A DNA stretch of 64,000 nucleotides from Mizuhopecten yessoensis (Eukaryota), in contig NW_018407955.1 in assembly GCF_002113885.1 (NCBI RefSeq), forward strand, positions 442,020-506,019, written 5' to 3'. Shown one piece after another: positions 62,211-64,000 of this stretch. Both the position numbers and the translations under genes were made by a program. Within the stretch, counting starts at the first letter, position 1. Every line of letters starts with the position of its first letter. The notes beneath the pieces were generated by a model that was not told the DNA's origin, did no database searches, and was given only the letters and a program-made list of their open reading frames with translations.

Positions 62211-63736
62211 GAGATATTTTATATAGAGAATTTAATTTTGTATCACGATAACTTGTTTTGCACACGTAAACAGTATCTGTCCTACGTGTCTTGTTTGTTA
62301 CAGGTTAGTTAAATATTGTTTACACTTCTCATTGTGTACCAGGTATCGGTCTGTTTATGTTTTCTTATAAATCTTTTATATGTACATGCAGATGATACGA
62401 CATGTATGACGTCTCCTTTTGCAAATTACTTCCCTTCGCCGATGAACAGGTGCATTCTGGGTTGTCAGATGAACAAATCTGTGCAGTAATAATTCTTTAC
62501 ACAAAAACCATGTACGTGTTAAACGTGTCAAGTTTTTTTTTTAATTATCTTCAAAACATTGCTTACAATTATCTCTTAATGAGATGTCTATGCTTTCCGG
62601 AAACTTGATCTGAATAGCAATTGTGGACAAATGACGTCGATGACAGAATGGCAGAATGTAGTCCGAATTATTCTGACGTTTTATCGACTTTTTTCATATC
62701 GTTCTGTCGTCGATTAACGTCAGAACTCCGGCCCTCTATAATATGCGGGAAATATGCGACCCGCGCCCGGGTCGCACTTCAAACTGATATTCCACTAACA
62801 TTAACAACAAGATTGTATCACTTAATAAAGGTTCACCAGATATGTAATAAAAAAATGAGATATCAATATATATGTTTCCTTTTGACTTATATTAATACCA
62901 TCAAGTTAATATACTTTTGTATCTGCCGATTTCTCTATAATGATATTATTGAAGTCATTTTCAACAAATGTTTTCTCAATAAATCAAAAATATCGATACA
63001 TTTCAAAAAATTACAGTTGTTCATATTTTGAGTAATCAAAACAATAAAATGTTAGAAAGTGTGCGAACCTGTATCGTCTGCCGATCACATATCTCATCAC
63101 TGTTATCCAGAAATAGTTATTGCTCAGTACACATATAATGTTAATGGTAGTGGAACTCTCCTTTGTAATTTTAGCCTTAACAGTGGTACCCTTAACTTAA
63201 ATGGCAGTAAACACAGTACATGACCGCTAGACTACTGGTTGACAGTTCATTCGTTAATTTATTTATATCCATGCAATTTGAAATACTTTATTACAACAAA
63301 TTGACACACAAAGGATCAATTAATACCAAGTATTTCTATGTTATCATTCCCTATTGTATTTCTTCTGAAAGAAGCTTTGCCAGGTTGAAACGAAACATGA
63401 TTTTGCCGGTGGTTCATGCTGGCTGTTAAGTTTGACTTGACTGTATAACCTTGTTTATGCCAGATATTGCTACATAATAAACACGTTAATCTCGAAGTGA
63501 TTTCGAAAAAAGGAGACTCAAATATCAGTTGATGTTACATCAATTGAATACGTTATATTATGGGGGGGGGGNCTTATTAAATGGCGATAACTTTAAGAAG
63601 AACAAACAGTTTTTAAACAATCTCATGCAGTTTATTTTCTTTCTCAGTTTTGACATTATTAACGAAACACCACGTGCGAAAGTCGATATCAATGGGATGC
63701 AATAAGAATAACGTGAGGATGAGTCTTTAGTTGGTG

Positions 63737-63995
63737 TGAATGTTTTTAAATTTTATTTGAATTAGACTTTCCGGACGCTTCTTTCGAGCTGTGTAAAATA
63801 GGATAAAAATGTAAAATCATATTGTTTCAATTTGAAGAACTGAAAAACAAATTCAGATAGATTGACTGAATGTTTTTAAATTTTATTTGAATAAGACTTT
63901 CCGGACGCTTCTTCCGAGCTGTGTAAAATAGGATAAAAATGTAAAATCATATTGTTTCAATTTGAAGAACTGAAAAACAAATTCAGATAGATTGA
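63737..63995. repeat. 130-bp tandem duplication
   Basis: 63737-63866 and 63867-63995 are nearly identical. Confidence 0.9.
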
Positions 63996-64000
63996 AATTG

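Overview
AT-rich animal genomic DNA with spliceosomal introns; the repeat types (Nin/Deu- and MESC-like SINE pieces, TA-flanked MITEs) suggest a bivalve mollusc (inference). Five main blocks: (1) 91-17720 minus: SRRM1/SRm160, 14 coding exons built by hand with consistent phases, running off the left edge. (2) 18039-29200: a fused transposon block made of a Gypsy 5' LTR plus PBS plus HhH-type gag fragment, a decayed Polinton/Maverick (adintovirus-like) genome (pPolB, ATPase, protease, major and minor capsids, integrase), and the 3' part of an Ngaro-type tyrosine-recombinase retroelement with an SGNH hydrolase. (3) 29232-29671: an inverted orphan copy of one BBOX-like exon. (4) About 36300-53969 plus: a gamma-butyrobetaine dioxygenase-like gene; the end of one exon and its splice donor have been amplified into a 55-bp satellite of about 39 units. 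(5) 54754-60976 minus: a decayed gene with DZIP3-type HEPN and vWA exons. MITEs, LINE/SINE remnants, foldbacks and a minimal hammerhead-like motif are scattered throughout. All calls come from reading the sequence by eye; no searches were run.
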